Under the pieces are notes generated by a model. The model ran no database searches. It saw nothing but the letters and a program-made list of their open reading frames with translations, and was not told the origin of the DNA. A stretch of 43,075 nucleotides of DNA from a virus. Lineage: Duplodnaviria; Caudoviricetes. The stretch covers positions 1 through 43,075 of the IMG/VR virus record IMGVR_UViG_3300049924_000347; one strand, given 5' to 3'. Each line of letters opens with the position of its first letter. Position 1 is the stretch's first letter. Positions 1 through 8,633 of this stretch are shown in pieces. Both the position numbers and the translations under genes were made by a program.

Positions 1-183
1 CTTCTGGAGAACGAGGACAGCGCGGCGGTGTTCGTGGTGGCCCCGTCGCTTGCCCGTGTGGAGGTGGGGAGATACCCGATGCGCTCGGCTGCACAGGGGA
101 TGCCTTCTGTTTTTGAGTATGTCACCGGCACCTCGCTCCGGCTGTCCGGTGGGATCGTGCGGACGGCTAAAATAGGCTCGGAG
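1..183. repeat. Terminal direct repeat, left copy (circular assembly overlap or terminal redundancy)
   Basis: 1-183 is identical to 42893-43075 except G56 vs T42948. Confidence 0.95.
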
Positions 184-720
184 ACGCGAGCGCAAGGCGC
201 GGTGGTAATCAATCTGGGGAGTGCCTTCCCTGGCAAGGTGCAGGTCTGGATAGACGCCGGGTTTGCCAACGTCTATAAAATCGGCGAATACACCGCGATA
301 TGCGGCGACACCGACCAAGATATAGCGGATGGGCTTGTCTTGTCCATCTCCAGCGGGACGCTGTGGGAAGCCGACGCCTACCCTGACCGGTTTTGCAGGA
401 TCGTTGCCCCTATTGGCACCGGGGCGGCGGCCAATGCCTGGACCATGTACACGGTCGTAACTGGCTCAATCACAACGACCGTGACAAACATAGGAGACCA
501 TCTGGCGGGAGCCGACGGAGCCGAAACAGCGGCCACCATCGACACCCTTACGGAGGGATTGGAGGGTTTGACCACCGTCTTCAATCAAATGGCGAGCCAC
601 ACCGTCACCCTTGCCCCCGGAGGGAACATTGACACCGACACCCCGCTGGTGCTGAACCCGGGGCAGTTCACGCAAGTATTCAAATTCGGTTCGAATTTTT
701 ACCTCAACAAGACGCTATAG
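1..720 (+). CDS. 3' part of a ~365 aa putative tail/virion accessory protein that starts at 42515 and crosses the circular junction
   Basis: Frame continues from ATG 42515 through the repeat (LLENEDSAAVFVVAP...); Thr/Gly/Ala-rich; shares a domain with 3115..4398. Confidence 0.65.
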   Translation, partial: LLENEDSAAVFVVAPSLARVEVGRYPMRSAAQGMPSVFEYVTGTSLRLSGGIVRTAKIGSETRAQGAVVINLGSAFPGKVQVWIDAGFANVYKIGEYTAICGDTDQDIADGLVLSISSGTLWEADAYPDRFCRIVAPIGTGAAANAWTMYTVVTGSITTTVTNIGDHLAGADGAETAATIDTLTEGLEGLTTVFNQMASHTVTLAPGGNIDTDTPLVLNPGQFTQVFKFGSNFYLNKTL

Positions 721-723
721 AAT

Positions 724-1005
724 ATGGAAAAGGCTATCGCCGACCTCAAAGAAAACCTCGGTAAAATCGAGGCTACCAAGGATTCCCAGGAGAATCCGCA
801 CTTCTGGACACTCTACCCGTGTCATGTCAAGGGACGGACGCTTTTCGCCCGGCCTTATTGCCAGGTGGGGACCATTACCGGGGATTGGGAGAAGCTGAAA
901 GCGGCTATACCGCCGTCCCTCAGATTGACCGCGCCGAATGTTTTTGAGCTGGTCGAGCCACCGCTTACGAAGGATGGGAAGGAAAGCAAGAAAGCCCCGA
1001 AATAG
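724..1005 (+). CDS. hypothetical protein (93 aa)
   Basis: ATG 3 nt after the upstream stop; ends in a terminator hairpin. Confidence 0.7.
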   Translation: MEKAIADLKENLGKIEATKDSQENPHFWTLYPCHVKGRTLFARPYCQVGTITGDWEKLKAAIPPSLRLTAPNVFELVEPPLTKDGKESKKAPK

Positions 1006-1016
1006 GGGCTTTTTTG
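988..1016. terminator. bidirectional intrinsic terminator
   Basis: AAAGCCCC-gaaata-GGGGCTTT plus T-run, between convergent genes. Confidence 0.8.
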
Positions 1017-1039
1017 TTGTTGGGGGGCGGTCAATCGTT

Positions 1040-1357
1040 TTATTCCATCTCGGCTTGGTAGATGTCCCAAAGAACCTGCCCGAGGTCGCTTCTGAGGTTG
1101 TCAATCTCGGTAATAATCTCATAATTTGACCTGCTCGTACTTTTGTACATGATGCCTCCATGGATATTAATGTAGGCATAAGTCACGCCCTTTTCGGCTG
1201 AGGCATACGCCCGTTTTTGCCTAAGCCATGATGCAAACCTGCACAATTCCTTATAATCTTCATCTCTTGCGGCGATCTCCTTGGTTCTTTTGGCTTCGTC
1301 GTCGCTGCCCTTGTAGGTGTCTAAAAAGGCCTTCATTTTTTCGCTTCTGCTTTCCAT
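1040..1357 (-). CDS. hypothetical protein, paralogous to the N-half of 36383..37153
   Basis: Shared pattern DY..L..FA.WLR...GG.MY...SD.G.VLW..YQ. Confidence 0.75.
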   Translation of the reverse strand: MESRSEKMKAFLDTYKGSDDEAKRTKEIAARDEDYKELCRFASWLRQKRAYASAEKGVTYAYINIHGGIMYKSTSRSNYEIITEIDNLRSDLGQVLWDIYQAEME

Positions 1358-1368
1358 TTTCGTGCTGT

Positions 1369-1926
1369 TTATTGGTTGTTCTTGGCGGCTTCCCGGGCCT
1401 CCGCCTTGGCCTTAATCTCTGCAAAAAAGGCCTCGTTTGCGGCTTGCCTCTGCTTAACCACTTCCGACTGCTTTTCCACAGCCCTATAATTCGGGAAAGT
1501 CTTCTTCTCCAGCGTGGCGATGCGCGGTGCATCGGGTGTTGGCTTTGACTTGACAATCACTCGGAAGCCTTTCAGCTTGGAAAACTCAGCATCCCCGCGC
1601 TCGGCTTTTTGCCTGAATTCCATCGTCTCATGATAGGAAAAGCGGCCCGTGGTAGCTGCTCCGTTGGCCCTGCTGGAGACCTTGCCCAGGATGATTAACC
1701 AGCTGTTCCCGCCCTGCCCGCTTCTGGAGCCGTCGTGCGTGACTACCCAGAGGTCGTCGCTCTTCTCGAACCTGATCACGTCTCCGATGCCAATTCCGCA
1801 GCTGCTGACCTGCTGGAGGGTGATTTGCGCCCATTGTGGAACGGCTTCATTGAGGGCGGCCAGGGTGTCGAATTTGGCCTTTTCTACGTTCCAGTTGATC
1901 TTGCCGTTTTTGCTGTTGTTTTTCAT
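1369..1926 (-). CDS. hypothetical early protein (185 aa)
   Basis: First gene after promoter module P1; A-rich start context. Confidence 0.75.
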   Translation of the reverse strand: MKNNSKNGKINWNVEKAKFDTLAALNEAVPQWAQITLQQVSSCGIGIGDVIRFEKSDDLWVVTHDGSRSGQGGNSWLIILGKVSSRANGAATTGRFSYHETMEFRQKAERGDAEFSKLKGFRVIVKSKPTPDAPRIATLEKKTFPNYRAVEKQSEVVKQRQAANEAFFAEIKAKAEAREAAKNNQ

Positions 1927-1971
1927 TGCCTTGATTTTTGATGTTCTAAATAACTGTTTCTAACTATAGGT

Positions 1972-2056
1972 CAAAGATAGGGCGGTTATTTTGTTTTGTC
2001 AATACCCTTACCCGAATAAAAACAAAAGAATCTCGTAAGTGACTGAAATTCAGCAG
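1972..2056 (-). promoter_or_regulatory. Promoter module P1: TTGACA...TATCTTTG with upstream IHF-like box
   Basis: Minus strand TTGACAAAACAAAATAACCGCCCTATCTTTG contains the Bacteroidota -7 TAnnTTTG; same layout at 30644 and 37863. Confidence 0.75.
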
Positions 2057-2067
2057 GAAAATTTTAA

Positions 2068-2105
2068 ATAAAAAGAGAGAGGCCACCATCGGCGGCCCCT
2101 CCCTG
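2068..2105 (-). terminator. intrinsic terminator after tail tube gene
   Basis: Minus strand GGGAGGGGCCGCC-gat-GGTGGCCTCTCTC followed by TTTT. Confidence 0.7.
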
Positions 2106-2126
2106 CGAAGCGAAATGGATTCAGAA

Positions 2127-3104
2127 TCAGAGGATACCCATGTATGATTCAACAAGGGTGAACATTCCCCCCGGCTTGGTGTGGCGCATCGTGCTATCAT
2201 GCGTCGCCAAATCAATGGGGTAGATGGCAAGGATGGAACTACCATCTGCGGGGGCAGCCCCAAATGTGATTGTGCTGGTGGCAAATGTCGCCGATGTCAC
2301 CACCGCAGTGGCATCCGCATCGGGCACCACCGCATCATTCCGAAGTACGGCCAGGTACCGCTTCCATCCCGTCCCGTCCGGGTTGAACATGATCGGCACG
2401 GGCGGCGTGGCCGTGTTGCTGTTGTTGCAATCGTCCAGAATGAAGGCCGTTTTTGTCCCGTCCGGAGCAGCTGGATTTGTAATCGTGGTACCATTGTCCA
2501 CGAAAAGCGAATAATCCCACACCTGGTTCCCGGTGACGATGTACTTTTCGGCCTCGTCTTGGAAAAACTTCACGGTTTGCATCTGGTCACCCTCCGCAAA
2601 CCCTACCCAGTTGTCGATTTTCATCTTCACATTGGGTATTAGGATGGATTGAACCGGCAAATGCGAGTCCTCACTGTCGAACTTGTCGATGATTACGGCC
2701 CCGCTCAGGTCGTAATGGAAACGGGTGGCATCGATTGCCTCCCCGGTGTGGGGGGATATTCCCATCAGGAACTTGAGTGTTCCCACGGCGTTCCCCTGTA
2801 TTTGAATCTCAAACTCCAGCGACTTGCGGCCACCGGTGGTGTAAGAGGTCTTGCCTGGCATGGTGACGGTGGTCTCGTTCTCAATTGCAAGGGCAATGTC
2901 GCCGACCTCCGATGTCGTGCAGATTTCGCAAGCCCCTTGCGCAATCGTGGGGGTGGCTCCGAGATAAAAGCCGTTCTTTCCCCCGAAACGGGCGGTTCCG
3001 TTGCGGCTCTTTGAGCCATACGGAACGAAGTACAGCTTGCTGTAGTGGCCGTCCTGGCGGGCTCGCTTCTCGGCTGTTTTGCTGCTGAATGGAATAACGC
3101 TCAT
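2127..3104 (-). CDS. major tail (tube) protein with C-terminal extension
   Basis: Follows head-tail joining genes and precedes a terminator; 325 aa beta-rich; C-terminal ITFGAAPADGSSI segment typical of virion accessory domains. Confidence 0.55.
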   Translation of the reverse strand: MSVIPFSSKTAEKRARQDGHYSKLYFVPYGSKSRNGTARFGGKNGFYLGATPTIAQGACEICTTSEVGDIALAIENETTVTMPGKTSYTTGGRKSLEFEIQIQGNAVGTLKFLMGISPHTGEAIDATRFHYDLSGAVIIDKFDSEDSHLPVQSILIPNVKMKIDNWVGFAEGDQMQTVKFFQDEAEKYIVTGNQVWDYSLFVDNGTTITNPAAPDGTKTAFILDDCNNSNTATPPVPIMFNPDGTGWKRYLAVLRNDAVVPDADATAVVTSATFATSTITFGAAPADGSSILAIYPIDLATHDSTMRHTKPGGMFTLVESYMGIL

Positions 3105-3114
3105 GTCCTATAGG

Positions 3115-4398
3115 TTAATTTTTGACTAAGTTAAGAAAATCCACGTGAAATGAAACGGTGAACTCATGAAACCACGTCCCCGCCTGCTGGTCGTTCATCT
3201 GGCGCATCCCGCTGGTGCCGTCAATCGTGATTCCGAAGTCCCGAATGGTCACCCCGATATAGTTGACGCCCTTGTAGGTAAACGACCACCGGTATTCCTC
3301 GTAATTCCTGCGCTCAAAAACATTCAGCAGCCTTGACAGCTGCTCCTCGTAATAATCCGTCTTGCCCAGCACCGGCTTCATTCCTACCGTGATCTGGGCG
3401 TGGCGGCTGTGATACCCAATCACCGGCTGCGTGGTTTCCATGAACTCCAGGTCCGTGAGGTAGATGGTCGGCTTTATCGTGGAATACTGCCATTCCCTCG
3501 GCTTGAACTCGACCTCGTAATGATCCGCCCCCGCCACCTGGTATACCCAGCTCTGGATAATTGAAACAAACGCGGCCTTGGTGTCGCCGTAGATGTTCAG
3601 CTTGCTGATCCGTCCGTAGCCCGTGATAGCTTGCTCGTTGTACGTATAGTTCAGGCCTATCTTCTCCAGCTCAATGATGGTCAGGGGCGGCACGCCGTCG
3701 GCACCGGCAACGATCGATCCCAACGCCTGAACGGTGGCGGTGAAACCGGGCGGGAATGTCTCGGCCTCGATATAAGCGGGGTCTGGGATGACACAGGACA
3801 GCTCCCAATTGTTGGCAGCCGCGCCCGAATCCACCGGGGCGGTGATCCTGACAAGCGCGCCCGGCTCCGCTGTCGCCTCCCATCCGCCCGGGGCTGCATT
3901 GATGGCAGCCGCAAGACCTGCGGCGACTTCCTGCACGCCGTCGCCCTCGACTGATTCATACTCGGCGATCTTCTCGGGCGGCGCGCCGTGGCCGGGCGTG
4001 CGGTCCACCCATGCCTCGGCTATGCCTGGGTACCCGTCGCCCGTGAACGTGATCCCTCCGACTGCCCGGGCGGCCAATGCGTCCGTGCGCGTGAAGCGGA
4101 GTTCCACGTATAGCGGCAAATCCTGATTCGGTGCCACGGCTGCCAGGTTCGGGGCTGTGGGTGCGATCCACGCCGACCATGCTCCGCCCGGTTGCATCCA
4201 CCGGAAGGCCACCCCTAGGGATAGGTTTGCTTGGTAGCCGAAGGATACCAAGCCCGTGACCTGCTCAATATAGTTGAGCCGGACGATCCACTGCTCCCCG
4301 TCCGCAAGGAAGGCCAGCGGCGGGAAAAACCGCTCGGTGGCCTGTCCGCTGCCCTGCGATCGGGTGATGCGTGGATTAATGTCGATCGTGCCGCCCAT
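3115..4398 (-). CDS. putative tail terminator/completion protein with extra N-terminal domains
   Basis: Lies between a gp10-like gene and the tube gene; unusually long (427 aa); internal AAGLAAAINA...VRITAP..SGAAAN domain. Confidence 0.45.
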   Translation of the reverse strand: MGGTIDINPRITRSQGSGQATERFFPPLAFLADGEQWIVRLNYIEQVTGLVSFGYQANLSLGVAFRWMQPGGAWSAWIAPTAPNLAAVAPNQDLPLYVELRFTRTDALAARAVGGITFTGDGYPGIAEAWVDRTPGHGAPPEKIAEYESVEGDGVQEVAAGLAAAINAAPGGWEATAEPGALVRITAPVDSGAAANNWELSCVIPDPAYIEAETFPPGFTATVQALGSIVAGADGVPPLTIIELEKIGLNYTYNEQAITGYGRISKLNIYGDTKAAFVSIIQSWVYQVAGADHYEVEFKPREWQYSTIKPTIYLTDLEFMETTQPVIGYHSRHAQITVGMKPVLGKTDYYEEQLSRLLNVFERRNYEEYRWSFTYKGVNYIGVTIRDFGITIDGTSGMRQMNDQQAGTWFHEFTVSFHVDFLNLVKN

Positions 4399-4400
4399 TC

Positions 4401-4871
4401 CTATTCAATCGGGAAATTATTCTGGTAGGTGTACGATTTTCCGTCGTTGGCGGCGTGAACCGCCCGTTCGATCTCGGCGATGCTGATACGCTTAATGGCT
4501 GCGGAGTACATCTTGCCGCCGATGTCAAAGAAATTGCGGCCGTACTTGGCCTCGGACCATGCCAGAACGTCATCCACGTAGGGAGCGATCCCCGGCTGTG
4601 CGAAGACCGTGACCGTGCCCTCTGAATCCACCTTCATTTTTATTGAGCTGACAAGCCGACCGGTGCGACGCCGGACAAACCGCCCCGCGCTTGGCTCGTG
4701 CGGCGGTTGCTGCACGCCCTCGGCGGCAGTCCCCGGGCTGTTTAGGATCTGGTTTTGGAACTTCCCCACTAGGAAGCTCCCCGCATCCAAGGCCCCGTTT
4801 TTTGCGGCCAATGCCACGTTCCTTTGCAGTGCTTGCAGCTTTTTGACGCTGCCCCGGTCAAAGAAGTTCAT
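4401..4871 (-). CDS. HK97-gp10-like tail completion/neck protein
   Basis: RRTGRLVSSI motif, size and position. Confidence 0.6.
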   Translation of the reverse strand: MNFFDRGSVKKLQALQRNVALAAKNGALDAGSFLVGKFQNQILNSPGTAAEGVQQPPHEPSAGRFVRRRTGRLVSSIKMKVDSEGTVTVFAQPGIAPYVDDVLAWSEAKYGRNFFDIGGKMYSAAIKRISIAEIERAVHAANDGKSYTYQNNFPIE

Positions 4872-4872
4872 C

Positions 4873-5328
4873 TTACCACAGCCCCCTTCCCTCGTGGTTT
4901 TCCCCGGTGGCTACGGCCACATAGTGATATCGGCTCTCCTTGATTCCTAGCCGGAAAAGGTACACCCCGACCATCCCCGCCGCCACATCCATCTTGGCAC
5001 GGTAGGCATCGATTTCCACCCCGCCGCCTTGGGCGTTGGGAATCGCTTGGCGGCTTAGCATATCGTGCCGGAGCAGGTCGTGCAGGATGGCATTCATCAG
5101 CGCGGGGTATGCCTCTTGGTAGGTCGGCGTGTCGAGGTCGTCAGGGTCTGCAAACAGGCTGCGGATGTGGTCGGTGGCCACTGTCACAGGATTCGCAACT
5201 TCATTCGAGGCAATGAGTGCGTCGATCGTGGCCTCGTTCATGGTGCCAATCGTCTTCCGCTCCCCTGCGGCGGTGGCAAGGAAGGCCAGAATTTGCGCGC
5301 CTGTCGGCTGTGTCAGTGCATTTGGCAT
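4873..5328 (-). CDS. head-tail adaptor-like protein
   Basis: 151 aa helical protein just downstream of the capsid genes. Confidence 0.5.
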   Translation of the reverse strand: MPNALTQPTGAQILAFLATAAGERKTIGTMNEATIDALIASNEVANPVTVATDHIRSLFADPDDLDTPTYQEAYPALMNAILHDLLRHDMLSRQAIPNAQGGGVEIDAYRAKMDVAAGMVGVYLFRLGIKESRYHYVAVATGENHEGRGLW

Positions 5329-5382
5329 AAAAGTAAGCCCCGCCCTTCCGGGCAGGGCTTCCTAGCATTCATCCCCTCAAAA

Positions 5383-5568
5383 TCATTTCTTTTCGGGCTC
5401 GGCGGTCGGCTTTTTGGCCTCTTCCGTGGGCGGGGCGGCAACTTGCGCGGCCTCCTCTTTGGCGGCCTCCACGACAATCACTCCGTTTTCGGTTTTGTAC
5501 TTTTTCCCAAGCACCTCATAGGCGCTCAGATATCCGATGGTCTTGGTATTTCCAACGATTAGTGCCAT
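5383..5568 (-). CDS. small virion-associated hypothetical protein (61 aa)
   Basis: Follows the capsid gene; E/K/A/P-rich tail. Confidence 0.6.
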   Translation of the reverse strand: MALIVGNTKTIGYLSAYEVLGKKYKTENGVIVVEAAKEEAAQVAAPPTEEAKKPTAEPEKK

Positions 5569-5587
5569 TTTATTACTTTTTTGTGGG

Positions 5588-6679
5588 TTAAGCCAGTGAA
5601 ACGACCCAGAATTGATCGGATTCTGTGATGAACGTCCGGCCCTCCAGGGCGACGATGTCGGTGGTGTCCGTGGAGATGTTCACCCCTTGGGCCATTTTCA
5701 TGTTCCGAAATTGCAGGTGGTGGCATTTGATGCGAGGCAGCACCAAAACCGCCCGATCGGCACCCCCCAAGCCCAGTTGCGGGGCAAGGTTCAGGCTGTA
5801 ATGGCGGCTAAAATTCCCGACCACACGGTAGTTGTTGGTCACGTTGTTGGTGACGGGGGCAAAGCTGCCAAAGGCCGCCTCGATTTTGCCCTCCAGCTCC
5901 CCGGCGGCAAAGATTCGGATTGCCATGGACTGGCTCAATCCCCAGCCCTTGCCCTTGTTCTTGCGGAGCAGTGCAGTCTTGGCCTTGGTGATCGTCTCCT
6001 GCACTGAGTTGACGTAGGCCGTCGTCTGGCTTGCCCCAGCTGCCACCGTAATGGCAGCGTTCATAGCCGTATAGGCGTCGGCGGTCTTTTTCTCCAGCAC
6101 TTTGATGCGTGCGGCTGTGAAAATCAAATTCAAGGCCGTGAGCGGATCCTTTTCGAGCAGTTCATTTGCGACTTTGACGCCGCCCTTAAAATACTCCCCG
6201 GTGAAATTTTCCCATTCCGAACGGCTCCATGAGCCCGCTGGTGCAGGGTCGGTCGAGTCATTGACCTGCTCAAAGATGAAATTCTGGAGAATGGTCTCCA
6301 TCGATCCCCTGAAGCCCTGCGTCAAATCGGCCATTCCGTACACGGCCATCCATTCCATGTCAAGCAAAAGCTCGTCCTGGTTGATCAGGAATGTTTGGAT
6401 GGTCTGTTGCGGCATAAGGCCGCTTGGGCCCGTTACGGTTTTGTAGCGGGCAAGGACGCCGTTTTCCCGACCGTTCAGCACGTCCGAGACGGTGGAAAGT
6501 GACTCCTCGAATTGCTTTACGGCGGCTGTGTAGCCGTCGCTTTTTGTGTCGCCCTTGATGTCCCTGACCCACCGGCGGGCTGCCTGCTCGTCAAGGAAGG
6601 TCTTAGCATACACCGCCTCCTTGATGGCGCGGTTCCGCTCAATGGCGGCCAGGTTATACTCGTGTTGTGCGATACTCAT
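5588..6679 (-). CDS. major capsid protein
   Basis: 363 aa, after the protease and cement genes; positional call. Confidence 0.7.
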   Translation of the reverse strand: MSIAQHEYNLAAIERNRAIKEAVYAKTFLDEQAARRWVRDIKGDTKSDGYTAAVKQFEESLSTVSDVLNGRENGVLARYKTVTGPSGLMPQQTIQTFLINQDELLLDMEWMAVYGMADLTQGFRGSMETILQNFIFEQVNDSTDPAPAGSWSRSEWENFTGEYFKGGVKVANELLEKDPLTALNLIFTAARIKVLEKKTADAYTAMNAAITVAAGASQTTAYVNSVQETITKAKTALLRKNKGKGWGLSQSMAIRIFAAGELEGKIEAAFGSFAPVTNNVTNNYRVVGNFSRHYSLNLAPQLGLGGADRAVLVLPRIKCHHLQFRNMKMAQGVNISTDTTDIVALEGRTFITESDQFWVVSLA

Positions 6680-6693
6680 TTTCTTGCGTTAGG

Positions 6694-7179
6694 TTAGATT
6701 TCCTTGAAAAGATTTATCCTCAGAAGCGGTGTGGCTGAATAGAGGATTGATGTCAGGAACGGATCCGTGCTTGCCTCAATGTACGGAGCCAGGGCAATTC
6801 CACACTTGATGTTGCTGGTCGATGTCGTGGTGAGTTCGCGGGCCGCTGCATTCCAGTACACCACCGTTCCTGCGGCGAACGTGTCCGAAGAGTTGCAAGG
6901 GAGCCAGATGTCGCTACAGGTGGTGACAAAGGAACCCTTGCCACCGGCGACAATGTTTTCCTTGAGAACTCCGATGAATGTCGTGAACGACTTGACGGAG
7001 CCTGAGCTGATGCACTCAACGCCAGTCTCGTAGTCTGTGAATACCATGCTGGAGGCATAGCTCCCAGTCGGCTTGGCGAACGTGTCGGTGACGATGTCAG
7101 GGCCCCATGTCCCCCTGCATTGAGCGGAGAAGTCAAAGTAGCCCAGCTTGTTGCGGTTAAAAAGTGCTGCGTTTCCCAT
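6694..7179 (-). CDS. capsid cement/decoration protein (DUF2190-like)
   Basis: DTFAAGTVVYWNAAARELTTTSTSNIKCGIAL resembles DUF2190 proteins; lies between protease and capsid. Confidence 0.7.
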   Translation of the reverse strand: MGNAALFNRNKLGYFDFSAQCRGTWGPDIVTDTFAKPTGSYASSMVFTDYETGVECISSGSVKSFTTFIGVLKENIVAGGKGSFVTTCSDIWLPCNSSDTFAAGTVVYWNAAARELTTTSTSNIKCGIALAPYIEASTDPFLTSILYSATPLLRINLFKEI

Positions 7180-7183
7180 GGTG

Positions 7184-8263
7184 TCAGTATCCTACGTTTT
7201 TGAAGGTGATTTCAGGCTTTGCCTCCGGCTGCTTGGTGACCTGCTTCGCGGTCTCCAGCAGCTTCTCGGCTGTGAAGCTCTTCACTGTGGCTTCGTCAAG
7301 GCCGGGCACTTTGGCGTTCACGATGTCGGCAATGAACGGAGCCCTGATGGTCTCCAGTTGCTTTTGCAGCTCCGCTACCTTGGCAGTGGCCGCGTCTTGG
7401 AAGGACTTCACGGCGGCAGTCAGCTCGGCGTCACCGGTGAAGGTGACGGCCTCGCCCTCCACCTTCACGGCCAATGCGTGTTCTTTGCCGTCTAACTCGA
7501 TTTTAATCGATTTATTCATAGTCAAAATAGGTTGCGTTTTAGTGATCTGGAAGGTTTTCAGATGCTTGGAAATGCTTGCGCCGGGCTGTGCGCCAATGGT
7601 CACGAAGCTGATTTCCAGCAGCCGGGCGTTCATGCTGCGGGGGTTGGCCGGATCGACTTTGAACGTGTAGATGAACTCCTTTTGCCCGTCAATCGTGACC
7701 TCCTCGTATTCCCCCCAAGCCATGAATCCAACGGACAAATCGATGATTGATCCATCCTCCACGGCTGGTACCATCCTCCGTTCTCCCTGATTCGGGACGC
7801 GGGCCTCGATTGGAATCCAGAGGTATCCCTTCAGGGCAAGAACGTTTGGCTCGTCATCCTTCGGGCCTACGCTGGTGCCGATCAATCTCCCCAGCCCTGA
7901 AATGTTGCGGTCGTGCTGCCAGATGGCAGGGACCGGCTTTTCCATGGCTTGCTTGGCATACAACTCCAGGATTGACCTGTCAAACCGCTCCCGGTCGCTG
8001 TCGATCTTGGTGGAAGCGGCGACACAGGGGAAGGTTATTCCCTTTTCAAAGTCGATTTGCGGGTATTGCTTGGCCAGCTGAGCCACCACTTCGGGGGCCG
8101 CGGCCTTGGTTCCCAGCCTGAACGCCTTCGTTCCGTTGATTGCAGCCCCTGCAAATGCCTCTTGGGCGGCTTTTTCGCTCTCAAACAGGATCGAATCGCC
8201 CTCCCGCCTCCCTGTGGGAAGCTGGATTTGATTCATCCATAGCTCAATTGCGACGCTGTACAT
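7184..8263 (-). CDS. HK97-type prohead protease with scaffold-like C-terminus
   Basis: WQHD, DLSVGF and EISFVTIGAQPGA motifs; TACATTTG just upstream of ATG 8263 (alternative start 8236). Confidence 0.85.
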   Translation of the reverse strand: MYSVAIELWMNQIQLPTGRREGDSILFESEKAAQEAFAGAAINGTKAFRLGTKAAAPEVVAQLAKQYPQIDFEKGITFPCVAASTKIDSDRERFDRSILELYAKQAMEKPVPAIWQHDRNISGLGRLIGTSVGPKDDEPNVLALKGYLWIPIEARVPNQGERRMVPAVEDGSIIDLSVGFMAWGEYEEVTIDGQKEFIYTFKVDPANPRSMNARLLEISFVTIGAQPGASISKHLKTFQITKTQPILTMNKSIKIELDGKEHALAVKVEGEAVTFTGDAELTAAVKSFQDAATAKVAELQKQLETIRAPFIADIVNAKVPGLDEATVKSFTAEKLLETAKQVTKQPEAKPEITFKNVGY

Positions 8264-8349
8264 GGTGGCAAATGTAGAAAAATTCCAAACGCGCAAAATT
8301 TTTTTTCAGTTGCCGAAAGTTTTTGGCTTGGGTCAGCTTGCCCCGGCCT

Positions 8350-8565
8350 GACCTCGCGCACGCGCACTGTGTTCGTGTGGTTCGTTCTATTCGTTATATT
8401 CGTTCTGTTCGTTCGTTCGTGTCCGGAAATTCCGCTACTTGGGGCGAAGTCGCCGAAAAATTCCACGACTTGCCAGCAAGTCACGGAAAAATTCCGCAAG
8501 TTGAGGCCAAGTCATGGAAAAATTCCGGGACTTGTTGGGAAGTTCAGGAAAAATTCAGGGTGTTG
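8350..8565. repeat. non-coding origin-like element: degenerate (TTCG)n tract plus 31-bp-period palindrome array
   Basis: AATTC at 8428, 8459, 8490, 8521, 8552; AAGT-N3-SGAA-AAA-TTCC-N3-ACTT-like units at 8447, 8478, 8509, 8540. Confidence 0.85.
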
Positions 8566-8633
8566 CGGGGCAAAAACAAGCGCGCCCCGACGGGTGGCCG
8601 GGTAGGTTCAGCTGCTGATCTGAGGGGGGGAAA

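Noticed and set aside
3695-4070. Sheath-like motif as evidence of a contractile tail
   Set aside because: No sheath or baseplate wedge genes were recognised; only an isolated domain is present
8233-8499. 88-aa ORF with RTNRTN repeats as a real gene
   Set aside because: It is a by-product of the repeat tract, has a TTG start and runs over the protease promoter; at most a rep-gene remnant
8428-8565. 31-bp repeats as a mini-CRISPR array
   Set aside because: The units are directly adjacent with no unique spacers, and there are no cas genes
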